Source of the DNA: an uncultured archaeon
GTDB lineage: Archaea > Asgardarchaeota > Thorarchaeia > Thorarchaeales > Thorarchaeaceae
Reading direction: 5' to 3'
Assembly: GCA_964558645.1 (NCBI GenBank)
Contig: CAZLEV010000002.1
Coordinates: 1 to 64,000, forward strand
DNA: 64,000 nt
A program made the position numbers and the translations under genes. A model generated the notes under the pieces. That model saw only the letters and a program-made list of their open reading frames with translations. It was not told the origin of the DNA and searched no databases. Positions 29,293-39,931 of this stretch are shown here, piece by piece (position 1 is the first letter of the stretch; every line of letters begins with the position of its first letter).

Positions 29293-31248
29293 ATGGAAGA
29301 CAGTATGACGCAGAGAATACGACCTTACGGCTTATGGGATCCGCTCTTGACCCCTGAAGAAATCTATGTTGATGTCACACAGTTTACTCATGTCTTGACC
29401 GATGAGAAAGGAAACACCTACTGGGCTGAACTGAGACCGAAAGAAGACGGCAGAATTGTCGTGGTGAAACGGACGGAAGAGAAAGGCATCAGAGATATCA
29501 GCCCATCTGGTTTCAATGTTAGAACCAGGGTCCACGAGTATGGTGGAAGGGCATTTACTGTCCGTGAAAACGTGCTCTATTTCTCGAACTTCGACGACCA
29601 GCGTATCTATAAGCGGGATATTGAGAACGATTCCCCCCCGACCCCTGTGACTCCTGAGAGGTTGCAGGATGGAGCATTAGGAAAGTACGCGGCACCAGTC
29701 CTATCCCCGGATGAAAATGCATTGGTCTTTGTTCTTGAAAAGGAATTTGAAGAGAGAGAGAACGAGAACTATATTGCAGCAATCAACCTCCAGGAGCCCT
29801 TTCCGCAGGAGCCGATCATACTGGTTTCAGGAAGTGACTTCTACGCGGATCCTGTCCTCTCTCCTGATGGAGATGAGATTGCGTGGATTCAGTGGGATCA
29901 TCCCAAGATGCCATGGGAAGGAACGGAGCTGTGGCATGCCGAGTTCAATAGCCTGGTTCAGTCTGTAGAATCAGTGGAGAGAGTTGCTGGAACCACCAAG
30001 ACGGCAATCTGCTTTCCAGCCTTCGGGCCGGACGGCACGCTGTTCTTCATAATGGATGAGGCGGGCCATGCTAGAGATGATCCGAAGAACTGGTGGAATA
30101 TCTACTCCCACAGACATGGCAAGACAGAACCAGTGACTCAGGAGCTGGCTGAGTTTGGGGGCCCAATGTGGACTCTTGGGCATAGCCGGTATGTGTTCGA
30201 CGGAAGCAAAATACATGCACTTTGTCACAAGAAACAGGGCGATTCACTTGCCCATATCTCTCTCGATACCAGCGAAATAACATGGACTGAGCTGCCCTAT
30301 GATGCTCTTACGATGATTCAGAAGGGAGAAGGTTCGACCCTCCTGCTTCGAGCAGGAGCATCTGACCGCCCTGCTGCAATTATCACCTATAATACTGAAA
30401 CGGAGAGGCTGCGAGTCTTGAGAGAGAGCTTCAAGATGCCATTTGACTCAAAGCAAGTTTCGGAACCCACCACTATGGTGTTCTCAACTCAAGACGGAGA
30501 GCATGCATACGCTATCCTATATCAACCCCGTAATCCAGACTTCCGACCCCCAGCAGATTCCAAGCCTCCACTTATAGTTCAAGTTCATGGCGGACCTACC
30601 GGCTCGGCGTCGACGGTATTGTCATTGGGAAACCAATTCTGGACCTCGATGGGATATGCTGTTCTTGATGTGGATCACAGGGGAAGTACAGGCTACGGTA
30701 GAGAATACAGGGACAGACTCCTTGGGCAATGGGGCATCATAGACGCCAAGGATGTTCATGATGGGATCCAATATCTGTTGGAGAAGGACAAGGTATCCCC
30801 CCAGATTGCGATTCGCGGTGGGAGTGCTGGAGGATATGCTGTTCAACGCTGTCTAACCATGTTTCCTGATCTTTTCAAAGCGGGAGCAAGCTATTTTGGA
30901 ATTGGGAATCTGATCACGCTTGCCAGATTAACACACAAATTCGAGTCGAGATATCTAGATTCTCTGCTCGGCGGTTCTCTCGAGGAAGCAGAAGAGGTGT
31001 ATAGGGAGAGGTCTCCAATCAATCATCTGGACCATCTGAAAGCTCCCATGATTGTTTTTCAGGGTTTGGATGATAAGGTGGTCAGTCCCGAAGTCAGTCA
31101 GGAAATCGTGCAATTGTTGGAAAAGAAAGGGATCAAGCACGAATACGTGGAATATGAGGGAGAGTCACATGGCTTCCGTAAGAAAGAAACTCGCGTTGAT
31201 GCTCTGAACAAGGAGTGCGAGTTCTATCGAGAAGTACTATTCATCTGA
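29293..31248 (+). CDS. S9-family serine peptidase (acylaminoacyl/prolyl oligopeptidase)
   Basis: VHGGPT, GGSAGG nucleophile, QG.DDKVV, ESHGF. Confidence 0.93.
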   Translation: MEDSMTQRIRPYGLWDPLLTPEEIYVDVTQFTHVLTDEKGNTYWAELRPKEDGRIVVVKRTEEKGIRDISPSGFNVRTRVHEYGGRAFTVRENVLYFSNFDDQRIYKRDIENDSPPTPVTPERLQDGALGKYAAPVLSPDENALVFVLEKEFEERENENYIAAINLQEPFPQEPIILVSGSDFYADPVLSPDGDEIAWIQWDHPKMPWEGTELWHAEFNSLVQSVESVERVAGTTKTAICFPAFGPDGTLFFIMDEAGHARDDPKNWWNIYSHRHGKTEPVTQELAEFGGPMWTLGHSRYVFDGSKIHALCHKKQGDSLAHISLDTSEITWTELPYDALTMIQKGEGSTLLLRAGASDRPAAIITYNTETERLRVLRESFKMPFDSKQVSEPTTMVFSTQDGEHAYAILYQPRNPDFRPPADSKPPLIVQVHGGPTGSASTVLSLGNQFWTSMGYAVLDVDHRGSTGYGREYRDRLLGQWGIIDAKDVHDGIQYLLEKDKVSPQIAIRGGSAGGYAVQRCLTMFPDLFKAGASYFGIGNLITLARLTHKFESRYLDSLLGGSLEEAEEVYRERSPINHLDHLKAPMIVFQGLDDKVVSPEVSQEIVQLLEKKGIKHEYVEYEGESHGFRKKETRVDALNKECEFYREVLFI

Positions 31249-31491
31249 CTGGTAGTCAGTATCCCACAAGCCCAAAGAGTAGTATAAGACAGTAGTAGGG
31301 AACTACAAGGATATTGGAAACCCTTAGCCATTATTGTTTTCCTAGTTGGAACAGGATGGTTGTCGCATCTCTCGGCCTTCATCTGAGAAATGAGGAATGA
31401 AGTCGAACATACACACTTTGACGAATTTGGAGAGTTGTAGAAAAGGTCATTATCTGGATACACCACATCGTGGGAACGGAGGCAGAACAGA

Positions 31492-32085
31492 GTGCAAAGA
31501 ATTGGAGCCCTAATCGACAGACACTCAACGAGACGTAACCTGCTCATCACACTCGTGGTAGCTGCTCTCAGCGTATCTCTGATGGGCTATCTGACCCAGA
31601 CACTTGTTTACGATGTCTACGGCGAGGCCAACATGCCAGACACAAACATAGGCTACACCTACGAACAGATAATGGAGGCATTTGACTCACTTGGTTCAGA
31701 GGGCCTTGGAGTCTGGTCCCAGGTTCATCTCTTGGACTTGATCTTCCCTCTTGGCTACGGGCTTGCCATGGCAATAGGAACGGCGATGGAATCAAGAATG
31801 GTGTTTCCTGATCGCCTGCAGATGAGAAACCTTGCACTGATTCCACTCATTGGAGTTGTTGCCGACTATGTTGAGAATGTGCTAGTAGCCTCCCAGATAG
31901 CCGCCTATCCCGAGGTTTCAGAATTGGTTGTGGCAGTGGCAAGCATAGTGACTACTGCTAAATGGGTGTTCATCTACGTCGGATTTTTGGTCATCCTAAT
32001 TCTTCTTTTTGCTGTAGTCCATATCCGGCTGAGAGGCCCAACCGGTTCACAGAAAGTGCTCAAGAAGACATCACAGACAGGATGA
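31492..32085 (+). CDS. Hypothetical membrane protein
   Basis: Four hydrophobic helices; LDLIFPL.Y and ADYVEN. Confidence 0.75.
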   Translation: MQRIGALIDRHSTRRNLLITLVVAALSVSLMGYLTQTLVYDVYGEANMPDTNIGYTYEQIMEAFDSLGSEGLGVWSQVHLLDLIFPLGYGLAMAIGTAMESRMVFPDRLQMRNLALIPLIGVVADYVENVLVASQIAAYPEVSELVVAVASIVTTAKWVFIYVGFLVILILLFAVVHIRLRGPTGSQKVLKKTSQTG

Positions 32086-32166
32086 GCTGGTGAATGCAAC
32101 GACCCACAACTATTATACATATCACATGAAGCAGCTCAGCTGCTATCTGAGCTAGGGTGCCCCACA

Positions 32167-33348
32167 ATGTTCGCCGAGAAGGGAATGAATGCAGAGGATG
32201 TCCTCAAGAAACTTGATGAACTGCTAGAGAGCGATGCAACATACAGAAGTGGACACCCGATAGCCTCGATGTCAACTATTCCGCACAGCCTAGGAGCCGA
32301 GGTGTTCTCCCGAACTCTGGAGAAAAATGCAGGACGATTGCATACGTTCAAGGGCTCAGCAGAAGTAGAGAAGCAAGTCATTCGGATGCTGGGAGATCTA
32401 TTGCATCTCGATGACCCCTACGGAACCACCACTTCTGGGGGAACTGAATCCAACATACTCGCCATGCTTGCATACCGAGAGCAAGCAAAGCGGAGAACCA
32501 GGAATCCCGAGGTCATCGTGCCTGAGAATGCCCATATGTCAATTCACAAGGCAGCATGGATGCTAGATGTAGAAGTTGTGAAGGCATCAGTAGACAAGGA
32601 ATTCAAAGCGAACCCCAAAGACGTTGAGAAGAGAGTCACGGATGATACTATTGGAATATTCACGACGGCAGGCACAACATACCTTGGACAGATAGACCCC
32701 ATTGAAGAGATTGGGGAGATTGCCAACTCCAACGAGATTCCCCTCCATGTTGATGCCGCCTTTGGAGGTTTCGTCATTCCATTCTTGTCGGAACTGGACA
32801 GAGGTGAGTATCCATTCGACTTCTCTGTGAAGGGAGTGACCAGCGTCAGCACCGATCCTCACAAGATGGGACTAGCACCAATTCCTTCAGGATCTCTACT
32901 CTTCAGCCAGGCGGGCTTCATGAGCAACATAACTTGGCAGGTACCGTACCTACAGGGTGCCAGTGCGAGGCAGTCATCGATTCTAGGGACACGACCAGCA
33001 GCATCGATTCTCGCCACTTGGGCGATCATGAAACATCTGGGCCGAGAAGGTTACAGAAACATTGTTTCGAGATGCATGGAGGTGACAGATGCTTTGGCAG
33101 ACAGGGTGACGAAGAACCCCCTTCTAAGCCTCCCAATCGAACCGGTCATGAACATTCTTGCTGTAGAGAGCCGAGAAGTCCCCCTTGCTGTCATTGTTGA
33201 GAAGATGGAGGCTCAAGGATGGCGCATGGCCACATCCCCCTTCCCACCAACATTACGCCTGGTGATCATGCCTCATGTGACGCATGGTGCCGCTAACGCA
33301 TTCTTCAATGTCTTAGATGAGGTATCTACAACCGTTCCTCCAGACTAG
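32167..33348 (+). CDS. mfnA: PLP-dependent tyrosine/aspartate decarboxylase
   Basis: SGGTESN, HVDAAFGG, DPHKMG, GTRP. Confidence 0.9.
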   Translation: MFAEKGMNAEDVLKKLDELLESDATYRSGHPIASMSTIPHSLGAEVFSRTLEKNAGRLHTFKGSAEVEKQVIRMLGDLLHLDDPYGTTTSGGTESNILAMLAYREQAKRRTRNPEVIVPENAHMSIHKAAWMLDVEVVKASVDKEFKANPKDVEKRVTDDTIGIFTTAGTTYLGQIDPIEEIGEIANSNEIPLHVDAAFGGFVIPFLSELDRGEYPFDFSVKGVTSVSTDPHKMGLAPIPSGSLLFSQAGFMSNITWQVPYLQGASARQSSILGTRPAASILATWAIMKHLGREGYRNIVSRCMEVTDALADRVTKNPLLSLPIEPVMNILAVESREVPLAVIVEKMEAQGWRMATSPFPPTLRLVIMPHVTHGAANAFFNVLDEVSTTVPPD

Positions 33349-33698
33349 GCCTCGATGAAGTCTTCCTTGATCTCCTCAATCTCTTCCTCTAACTCAGTCA
33401 CCTTCTGAGTCAAGTCGAGTAAGGCATTGAGAAGGACCGAGATCACGTATCCGTAGTTGACCGAGTAACCCTCGGTTCTGTCAATCAGGTGAGCCTCTTC
33501 AAGCCGTCGAGCGGCATTGGTAATTGACTGCTTCGATACCTTCCGCTCGTCAATTATCTTGTTCACACTCTTCCGCACATCTTTCGGCGCCACATTGGGC
33601 CCCTTGATCGGTTCAAGAAGGCTGTACAGAAGCATCAGCCCTGTCATCATCCTAGGATTCATCAGTTTGCCAAATGACAGTTCCAGTTCAGACCTCAT
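33345..33698 (-). CDS. Small winged-helix protein with C-terminal coiled coil
   Basis: SKQSITNAARRLEEAHLI; heptad-rich acidic tail. Confidence 0.6.
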   Translation of the reverse strand: MRSELELSFGKLMNPRMMTGLMLLYSLLEPIKGPNVAPKDVRKSVNKIIDERKVSKQSITNAARRLEEAHLIDRTEGYSVNYGYVISVLLNALLDLTQKVTELEEEIEEIKEDFIEA

Positions 33699-33872
33699 CG
33701 GTATTCATCCCCACGGGTGACATCTCATTCGCAGTAAACGTTTCCACAGAGAAAAATGTTTGTACTCGTCAAGAATCTGAACAAACCAAGAATTCGCCAC
33801 CTCCTCCGGCAAAGAACGTTTACCACCCAAGTCCACAACAAGTAAAAGGTGGCTATCACCCAATCACCATGA

Positions 33873-34565
33873 TTGCCAGTGACCTCCGAACTCGATAGAA
33901 TTGTCTTCGTCCCAGTAGTTCACACTGATAGTGAGAGCGTTGAGAGAGTACGAAGAATCATCCGTCAAAACAAACCGGAGGTTGTTGCAGTGGAGCTTGA
34001 CAGGCAACGCTATGAGCTTCTTCAACGGGGCGATGAACAGGAGAGGGTAGATGTCCTCCCACCCTCTGGGGATGTGATTCAGGACCTATTCTACCAGATA
34101 GCGAGATTGGAGAAGAATCTGGGAGATATGACAGGAACAGATGCTGGCACTGAGATGTTGGCAGCAATAGAAGCAGGCCGGGAACTCGGAGCCAAAATAG
34201 CTCTAGTTGATAGGCCAATTCAGGAGACCATACAGGCATTCATGAAGGTCCCTCTGGATGAAGTCTATGCGTTCTTTCAGGCCATTCCCTCCACAGAGGA
34301 AGATGCCGAGTCTCAGGGAGTCGATGCACTATTGGCCATGCTAAGAGACGAGAGTCAAGTAGAGGAGATAGTGCAACAGTTCACGGAGGAGTTCCCCAAT
34401 CTTGCCGATGCACTGATAGGACAACGAGACAGATACGTTGCTAATGCCCTGAAGACAATCCTCAATGATGTTGGAGGCCATATCGTGGCGGTCCTTGGTG
34501 CAGGACATATGAAGGGGGTAAAGGAAAGCCTTAGAGTCATGTTGAGCAAAGAGGCGAGCTCCTAG
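33873..34565 (+). CDS. TraB/PrgY/TIKI-family protein
   Basis: VAVELD..R, G.EM..A, LVDRPI, RDRY, VAVLGAGH. Confidence 0.88.
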   Translation: MPVTSELDRIVFVPVVHTDSESVERVRRIIRQNKPEVVAVELDRQRYELLQRGDEQERVDVLPPSGDVIQDLFYQIARLEKNLGDMTGTDAGTEMLAAIEAGRELGAKIALVDRPIQETIQAFMKVPLDEVYAFFQAIPSTEEDAESQGVDALLAMLRDESQVEEIVQQFTEEFPNLADALIGQRDRYVANALKTILNDVGGHIVAVLGAGHMKGVKESLRVMLSKEASS

Positions 34566-35212
34566 AGCTCCAGTTCTTTGATGAGTGCATCAATGCCTTC
34601 GCCAGTGCGGGCACTGACTTTTAGGACGGGCAGATTTGCATCGACTTCGCGGATGTCTGCAGTGAGAGCATTCACATCAAAAGACAATGCTTCGGCAAGG
34701 TCGACCTTGTTGATGACCACCATGTCCGAACGCTTGATGGTCAAGGGATGCTTTCGAATCATATAGGGTCCCTCTGTGATACTCACCACGACTATCTTCT
34801 TGTCAACACCCAACGGATATCCAGCCGGGCAGATCAGGTTGCCCACGTTCTCGATGAGCACCAAGTCGTAATTCGAGAGATCAGTCTCTTTCAGGGCAAC
34901 TCGCACCATTCTTGCATCCAGATGACACGCAGTGCCCGTATTGATCTGAACAGTATCAACGCCATGAGAGGCAACACGATCAGCATCTATTCTTGTTGCC
35001 AAATCTCCCGCAACCATCAGTATCCGGTATTTCCCTGAAAGTCTCTCGCAAAGAGCCTCGATGAGCTGGGTCTTTCCAGTCCCAACAGAGCCCATTATGT
35101 CAATGGACCTGACACCATGCCGCCTGAATTCATTCGCATTCAAGGCCGCTGCGTCCTCATTGGCTCCAAACAAGTCCTTTCTGATATCAATCGAGACCGT
35201 CTTCTCGGACAT
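34562..35212 (-). CDS. hypB: Hydrogenase nickel incorporation GTPase
   Basis: GSVGTGKT, ACHLDA, ENVGNLICP, NKVD. Confidence 0.95.
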   Translation of the reverse strand: MSEKTVSIDIRKDLFGANEDAAALNANEFRRHGVRSIDIMGSVGTGKTQLIEALCERLSGKYRILMVAGDLATRIDADRVASHGVDTVQINTGTACHLDARMVRVALKETDLSNYDLVLIENVGNLICPAGYPLGVDKKIVVVSITEGPYMIRKHPLTIKRSDMVVINKVDLAEALSFDVNALTADIREVDANLPVLKVSARTGEGIDALIKELEL

Positions 35213-35214
35213 TC

Positions 35215-35784
35215 TTACCCACTCACGCTCTCAAGGGGTTGGTCTTCCGCATGAAGGTTTTGGTAGAGGTAGGAGCCGGCAATGGGACGGAGTGCAATTC
35301 GCTCTACGGCAACAGCCACAGCAGCCCAAAGAGTCGCTTGAGCCCCATCGAGCAGAGCCCCAAACATGGCTGCCTCGAGGGGATAGAATAACCAGAGGCT
35401 TACCCCGAGAGTTGGAAGGAATCCGCCAATCAGCCCGCCACCAAGCATTGCAATTGCAGCATAGGATGTGCTGTCACGGTCCGATTGTATATGGATAGCA
35501 ATACCAGTCCCTAGTCCAAGTGCGATATTGCCAAGCAATGGCAGAAGGGGAAATTCACCGCCCCCTATAGCACCACTTAGTCCAACAATAGTCCCAACCA
35601 AGACACCTCCGTACACACCACCAACGACTCCGCCTAGTTCAGAGAACAAAAACCCTGGCGTTAGTTCCAGTAGGGTGGGGATGATTGTGAACCTGAGGAA
35701 GATGCGAGCAACAACACCAAGGGCGGATATCATTGCGAGAGTTGTGATAACTGCAGTGTTTCGTTTCAGCGGGAATCTACTCAT
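35215..35784 (-). CDS. ECF transporter S-component-like membrane protein
   Basis: AMISALGVV N-terminal motif; Gly-rich helices; about 6 TM segments. Confidence 0.65.
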   Translation of the reverse strand: MSRFPLKRNTAVITTLAMISALGVVARIFLRFTIIPTLLELTPGFLFSELGGVVGGVYGGVLVGTIVGLSGAIGGGEFPLLPLLGNIALGLGTGIAIHIQSDRDSTSYAAIAMLGGGLIGGFLPTLGVSLWLFYPLEAAMFGALLDGAQATLWAAVAVAVERIALRPIAGSYLYQNLHAEDQPLESVSG

Positions 35785-35808
35785 CCAGTGTCCTCCTTAA
35801 GATATGCT

Positions 35809-36186
35809 TTAGGATGGTGGGTCGGGCCACTGAGCCAACAAGAACTTTCTGGTCTTCGAATACCAGTCGTCAAGCTGCTTCAGAATTCTTTTCCTCACTG
35901 TTCCGGTAGAGATCGCGTTATAGACGTAGTAATAGCCGCCCCGGTCGAAGGTCTCACTTTTGCGCTTGACAAGGCCCTTCTTGTGCAGCTTCTTCAAAAC
36001 CCGCTGTACCGTTGTCCGATCTCTGTCGATCATCTGGGCAATCTCTTCAACTGTCTTCTCACCTGACATCAGGGCAAAGTAGGTGTCAATCTCGCTGTCT
36101 CGCAGGCCAAAGGCACAACATAGAAGATCGGATGGCTTGTCAAACCTCTTTGAGAAGAGATTGTCTAAAGGATCTCGAGACGTCAT
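35809..36186 (-). CDS. TrmB-like HTH transcriptional regulator
   Basis: CAFGL, TVEEIA..DRDRTTVQRVLKKL..GLV, GGYYYVY. Confidence 0.85.
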   Translation of the reverse strand: MTSRDPLDNLFSKRFDKPSDLLCCAFGLRDSEIDTYFALMSGEKTVEEIAQMIDRDRTTVQRVLKKLHKKGLVKRKSETFDRGGYYYVYNAISTGTVRKRILKQLDDWYSKTRKFLLAQWPDPPS

Positions 36187-36221
36187 AGTAGGATAACATT
36201 CACACATCTCTGAGATAAGGG

Positions 36222-36241
36222 TTGTGCAAGCGCATGCACAA
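36222..36241. promoter_or_regulatory. Candidate operator palindrome
   Basis: TTGTGCA-AGCGCA-TGCACAA between two divergent genes. Confidence 0.55.
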
Positions 36242-36300
36242 TCGCCATGTTCAGCGTATAATACTACCCTTCAAATCATGAGCATTACACAGAGAGTATA

Positions 36301-36786
36301 GTGACGAGCATGGACTTCCGGAACTTCGAAGATGAAGCAGAGACCAGACCTTGGACACGGTCTGAACAGTCGGACAGACACCTGCAATCCATCAATCTTG
36401 CCCCGCTCAAAGGAGCCCTCGAGTCAGATCCGGTGAGATCAAAGATTCTTCGCGTTCTTATTCAGGATGGGGGATGGGTCAGCACCGCAGATCTTCTCCG
36501 TGCAGCACGCCAATTGAGAACAATCATAGGAGCAGTCACTATCGGCACGATGCTCCACGGCCTCAACGAACTAGTTTCATCGCGACTGATTATGAGCAGG
36601 ACTTCTCTCTCAAGCGGACTCGATTGGGCAGAATGGAGAATTGATCCAAGCTGGCTAGAACCTACACGGAGGCTTCTTAAGATGCTCACACGAGCACAGA
36701 TTCGTAGAGATCGTAACGAACCCAAGACACCCCGAGAACAAATGCTCAACTCCGTCGATAAGCGGGGATTACTCTTTGATGAGTAG
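36301..36786 (+). CDS. Hypothetical winged-helix protein
   Basis: DPVRSKILRVL..GWVSTADL wHTH-like pattern. Confidence 0.6.
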   Translation: MTSMDFRNFEDEAETRPWTRSEQSDRHLQSINLAPLKGALESDPVRSKILRVLIQDGGWVSTADLLRAARQLRTIIGAVTIGTMLHGLNELVSSRLIMSRTSLSSGLDWAEWRIDPSWLEPTRRLLKMLTRAQIRRDRNEPKTPREQMLNSVDKRGLLFDE

Positions 36787-36837
36787 CTTATTCATAATGA
36801 GTTACATTCATAAGGGTGTTCGGTCACTCCCGGAGGT

Positions 36838-37476
36838 ATGTCTGCCGCTGACAGTCAGGAGCTAACTGAGATCTCAAGAGAGAGTCAGACAAACCCACTC
36901 ATTCTTGATGAACCAATCGATGGAGATCAAAGGGTTCTCCAGATTGTGACGGCTGCTGTTCTTGCTTCTTTGTCTGTGGCAGCAGCTCCAATAGCCTCAT
37001 TCCTTCCACGTCTGCCCTGGGGCATTGCCCTGATCGACCCCGTTTCGCTGTTCTGGATAGCGGCTTTCCTGCTAGGGGGGCCCTATGTCGGACTCGTAGC
37101 GACGGGAGCGGGAACGGTAGGCCTGTTCTTCTTTGACCCGACTCTGATTGGCCCAGTCTTCAAGCTGATAGCCACATTACCGATGCTGGTGGTACCATGG
37201 GTGGCTGTTCGGTTGCTCACCAAATCCGAGGAGGGAGAGGAGCTTGCACGACCAATGTTCTACGCTTCGTTCTCAGTTGTGGCGATAGTGGCAAGACTCG
37301 CTCTGATGATTCCGATGAACCTAGTCTTGGTTCCAATCCTGTTCGGTTACCACGATGTCGCAGGCATTCTGAGTGTCACCATATCTCTGAATGTGATTCA
37401 GGGCTTCTGGGATATGCTCATTCCATACTTGGTCATTCACAAGACTCCTGTCTTTGAGAACTTTGGTTTGTGGTAG
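36838..37476 (+). CDS. ECF transporter S-component
   Basis: AAVLASLS, IDPVS..W, GGP..G, GPVFK. Confidence 0.75.
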   Translation: MSAADSQELTEISRESQTNPLILDEPIDGDQRVLQIVTAAVLASLSVAAAPIASFLPRLPWGIALIDPVSLFWIAAFLLGGPYVGLVATGAGTVGLFFFDPTLIGPVFKLIATLPMLVVPWVAVRLLTKSEEGEELARPMFYASFSVVAIVARLALMIPMNLVLVPILFGYHDVAGILSVTISLNVIQGFWDMLIPYLVIHKTPVFENFGLW

Positions 37477-37579
37477 GTGGGGACCCTCTCTACGGGGCGC
37501 GACAAGCAGAAATCCCTTAAATAGTAAAGATGCGAAGAGATGGCCTGTGGGTCACTAATCCCAAAGGGTTGAATGTCAA

Positions 37580-38383
37580 TTGCGCCGCTGTGAGTTCTGT
37601 GACAGTCCTGTACCAGCAGATGCAATAGTCTGCCCGGTATGCAATGAAACCATTGCAGAAGAAACTCTCGAGCGCGTCCTACCGATTCTAAAAAGGCCCG
37701 AAACTCCAGAGTTCAGAGCGTTGGGGGTTCTGGACAGACTCTGGGGAGTAGTTCGAAATCCTGCCGGGACATATCGGGATATAGGGCGAAGACCCGATGG
37801 CGGGGGACCGTTGTTGATCATCGTGATGAACGCCCTCATCATGGCAGGTCTGTTCTTGGCAATCTCATCAAAGTTCTATGTAAGGGTAGACATCAACGGG
37901 ACTTTGACGGATGTCGGTGTGTTGGGAAGCGAGTATTCAGGAGCATTCTACAGCACCGCACTCGTCAGTATCCTACCCAACATACTTCTAGGCATGGTGT
38001 ATCTACTTGTCGGAACCATGTTCGCTCACCTGGCCTTCAAGGTAACCGGTGGCACAGGGAACAAGGGCAAGACAATGTCCATTGTCGGATACAGTATGGT
38101 TCCCGTTATACTGATTCGCCTGGTTGCACTTCTGGTGGTCATCTTTTACTTGCCCGCCTACAATATCACTGCCGCGAGTTCTTGGGAGGGAATTGTGATG
38201 TCAATCTACGAGTCCGGCGCGTGGTTAAATATAGATTATATGACGAGTGCATCTTTCTTCTGGGTCGGGCTGCTTCTAGTGTTTGGGATAAGAGAGGCGC
38301 ATGACACATCAACAGGATGGGCATTCGTTGTTTCAGCTGCTTGCATCGCCGTTCTCATCTGGACATTCTGGCAAGCACACTAG
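37580..38383 (+). CDS. Yip1-domain protein with N-terminal zinc ribbon
   Basis: CEFC..CPVC; NP..TY; GG.G...T.SIVGYS.VP; five helices. Confidence 0.8.
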   Translation: MRRCEFCDSPVPADAIVCPVCNETIAEETLERVLPILKRPETPEFRALGVLDRLWGVVRNPAGTYRDIGRRPDGGGPLLIIVMNALIMAGLFLAISSKFYVRVDINGTLTDVGVLGSEYSGAFYSTALVSILPNILLGMVYLLVGTMFAHLAFKVTGGTGNKGKTMSIVGYSMVPVILIRLVALLVVIFYLPAYNITAASSWEGIVMSIYESGAWLNIDYMTSASFFWVGLLLVFGIREAHDTSTGWAFVVSAACIAVLIWTFWQAH

Positions 38384-38386
38384 ATT

Positions 38387-39313
38387 TCAGAACAGAATCC
38401 CATACAGAGGGATGACAACGAAAGCGATTAGCCCAACGAGTGCACCGAGCTTGTCCAGGGTGCTCCCAATAAGAAGTCGCTTCTCATCTTGAGGACCTAA
38501 CAATGGAACGATTCCTGCACCCAGAATGATGCTCGACCCAAGAAGCATCAACAACCACAGATCCCAGCTCGCATATCCCAGAATCCAGATCAGAAGATAG
38601 CAGACGACACCGATGAAGTTGAAGACAGCTTGAACAGCAGCAGCCGCATTGTACCCGTAGACCCGGGCAATCGTACGGACATCTCGTAGTCTATCACCCT
38701 CTACGTCCTCGGCGCCCTTGATGGTCTCACGGGCCTGCAATATCATGAATGCGGTAACGAAGAAGAGCCATGATGGAATCGGAATCGAGATGCTTCCGAC
38801 TATCTCGCCGTAGACGAATGAGCCATAGATGACACCAAAAGCAAATGAGAATGCCACCATGAAGTTGCCAGCGATACCTAACGTCTTGACCTTGGCGGCG
38901 TAGATGTAACCCACAACCAGAAATGTTATGACCAGAAGCGCTCCGACAGGGCCGTTTAGCCATGCAAAGAAAGCACCAAGAATACTCAGGAGTAGAACAT
39001 AAGCCCAAGCCTGTCTGATACTCATTCTGCCACTGGGAAGAGCACGATGAGGGCGGTTGATCTTGTCAATCTCGATGTCAAATATGTCATTGACAACATT
39101 GCCGCCTGCAGCCACCAAGAAATACGTGATGTATGCATAGACAAACACGAGAACATACTCCGTCAGAGTGCCGACAGGATTCATCCGATATGCCATCGCA
39201 ATACCGGCGATGACGGTGAGGCCTCCAATGAAACAGTTCTGTGGACGAATGATTGAGAGGAACGCAAGAGGGTCAACTCTGCGTGACTGAGAAACATCTT
39301 CCTCGTTCGACAT
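38387..39313 (-). CDS. UbiA-family digeranylgeranylglyceryl phosphate synthase
   Basis: IRPQN, NDIFDIEIDKINRPHR.LPSG, RE.IKGAEDVEGD. Confidence 0.9.
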   Translation of the reverse strand: MSNEEDVSQSRRVDPLAFLSIIRPQNCFIGGLTVIAGIAMAYRMNPVGTLTEYVLVFVYAYITYFLVAAGGNVVNDIFDIEIDKINRPHRALPSGRMSIRQAWAYVLLLSILGAFFAWLNGPVGALLVITFLVVGYIYAAKVKTLGIAGNFMVAFSFAFGVIYGSFVYGEIVGSISIPIPSWLFFVTAFMILQARETIKGAEDVEGDRLRDVRTIARVYGYNAAAAVQAVFNFIGVVCYLLIWILGYASWDLWLLMLLGSSIILGAGIVPLLGPQDEKRLLIGSTLDKLGALVGLIAFVVIPLYGILF

Positions 39314-39400
39314 TATAACTCACATTCTTGAGCGAATGCGGGACCGAGAGTCATTAAAGAGTTACGAAAAGAAGCCTAACACTCAAATCCCGCCAAGTCG

Positions 39401-39931
39401 GTGGAGAGAATGGAGACGAATCAGTTGCTGGAAGACTTGTCGAGAGAAGAACTGCTAAAACTCATTGAAGTCTATGCCAAGGCCTGGCAAGCCATGGATG
39501 GAGCCTACTTCCTTTCTCTTGAAGAGAAGTTCGGAATGGAGATCGCAATGGAGATGGATATGGCAGCCTGGAGAGTCTTCTCTCCCATAGAGGCCAAGAG
39601 GATTATGCGAGAATTTGATATTCGGGAGAACGGTGGCTTGCCGGCTCTGGAGAAGGCGCTTGGCTACCGAGTCTACGCAGTACTTAATGACCAAGAGACC
39701 GAATGGAAGGATGATCAGACGTTGGTCTTTCGTATGAAGAGCTGCAGAGTGCAGGTTGCAAGGAACCGCAAGGGGCTACCGGACTTTCCCTGCAAGCCTG
39801 TTGGCATGATTGAATATGAGGGGTTTGCCTCCACCATCGACCCTCGAATCAAGACAGAGTGTATCTACTGCCCGCCGGATGAACACCCCGAGGACAGCTA
39901 CTGTGAATGGGAGTTCACAATGGAGGAATGA
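39401..39931 (+). CDS. Conserved hypothetical protein (DUF6125-like)
   Basis: W.A.DG..F, CRVQ.AR..KG, CPPD.HP...CEWEF. Confidence 0.75.
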   Translation: MERMETNQLLEDLSREELLKLIEVYAKAWQAMDGAYFLSLEEKFGMEIAMEMDMAAWRVFSPIEAKRIMREFDIRENGGLPALEKALGYRVYAVLNDQETEWKDDQTLVFRMKSCRVQVARNRKGLPDFPCKPVGMIEYEGFASTIDPRIKTECIYCPPDEHPEDSYCEWEFTMEE

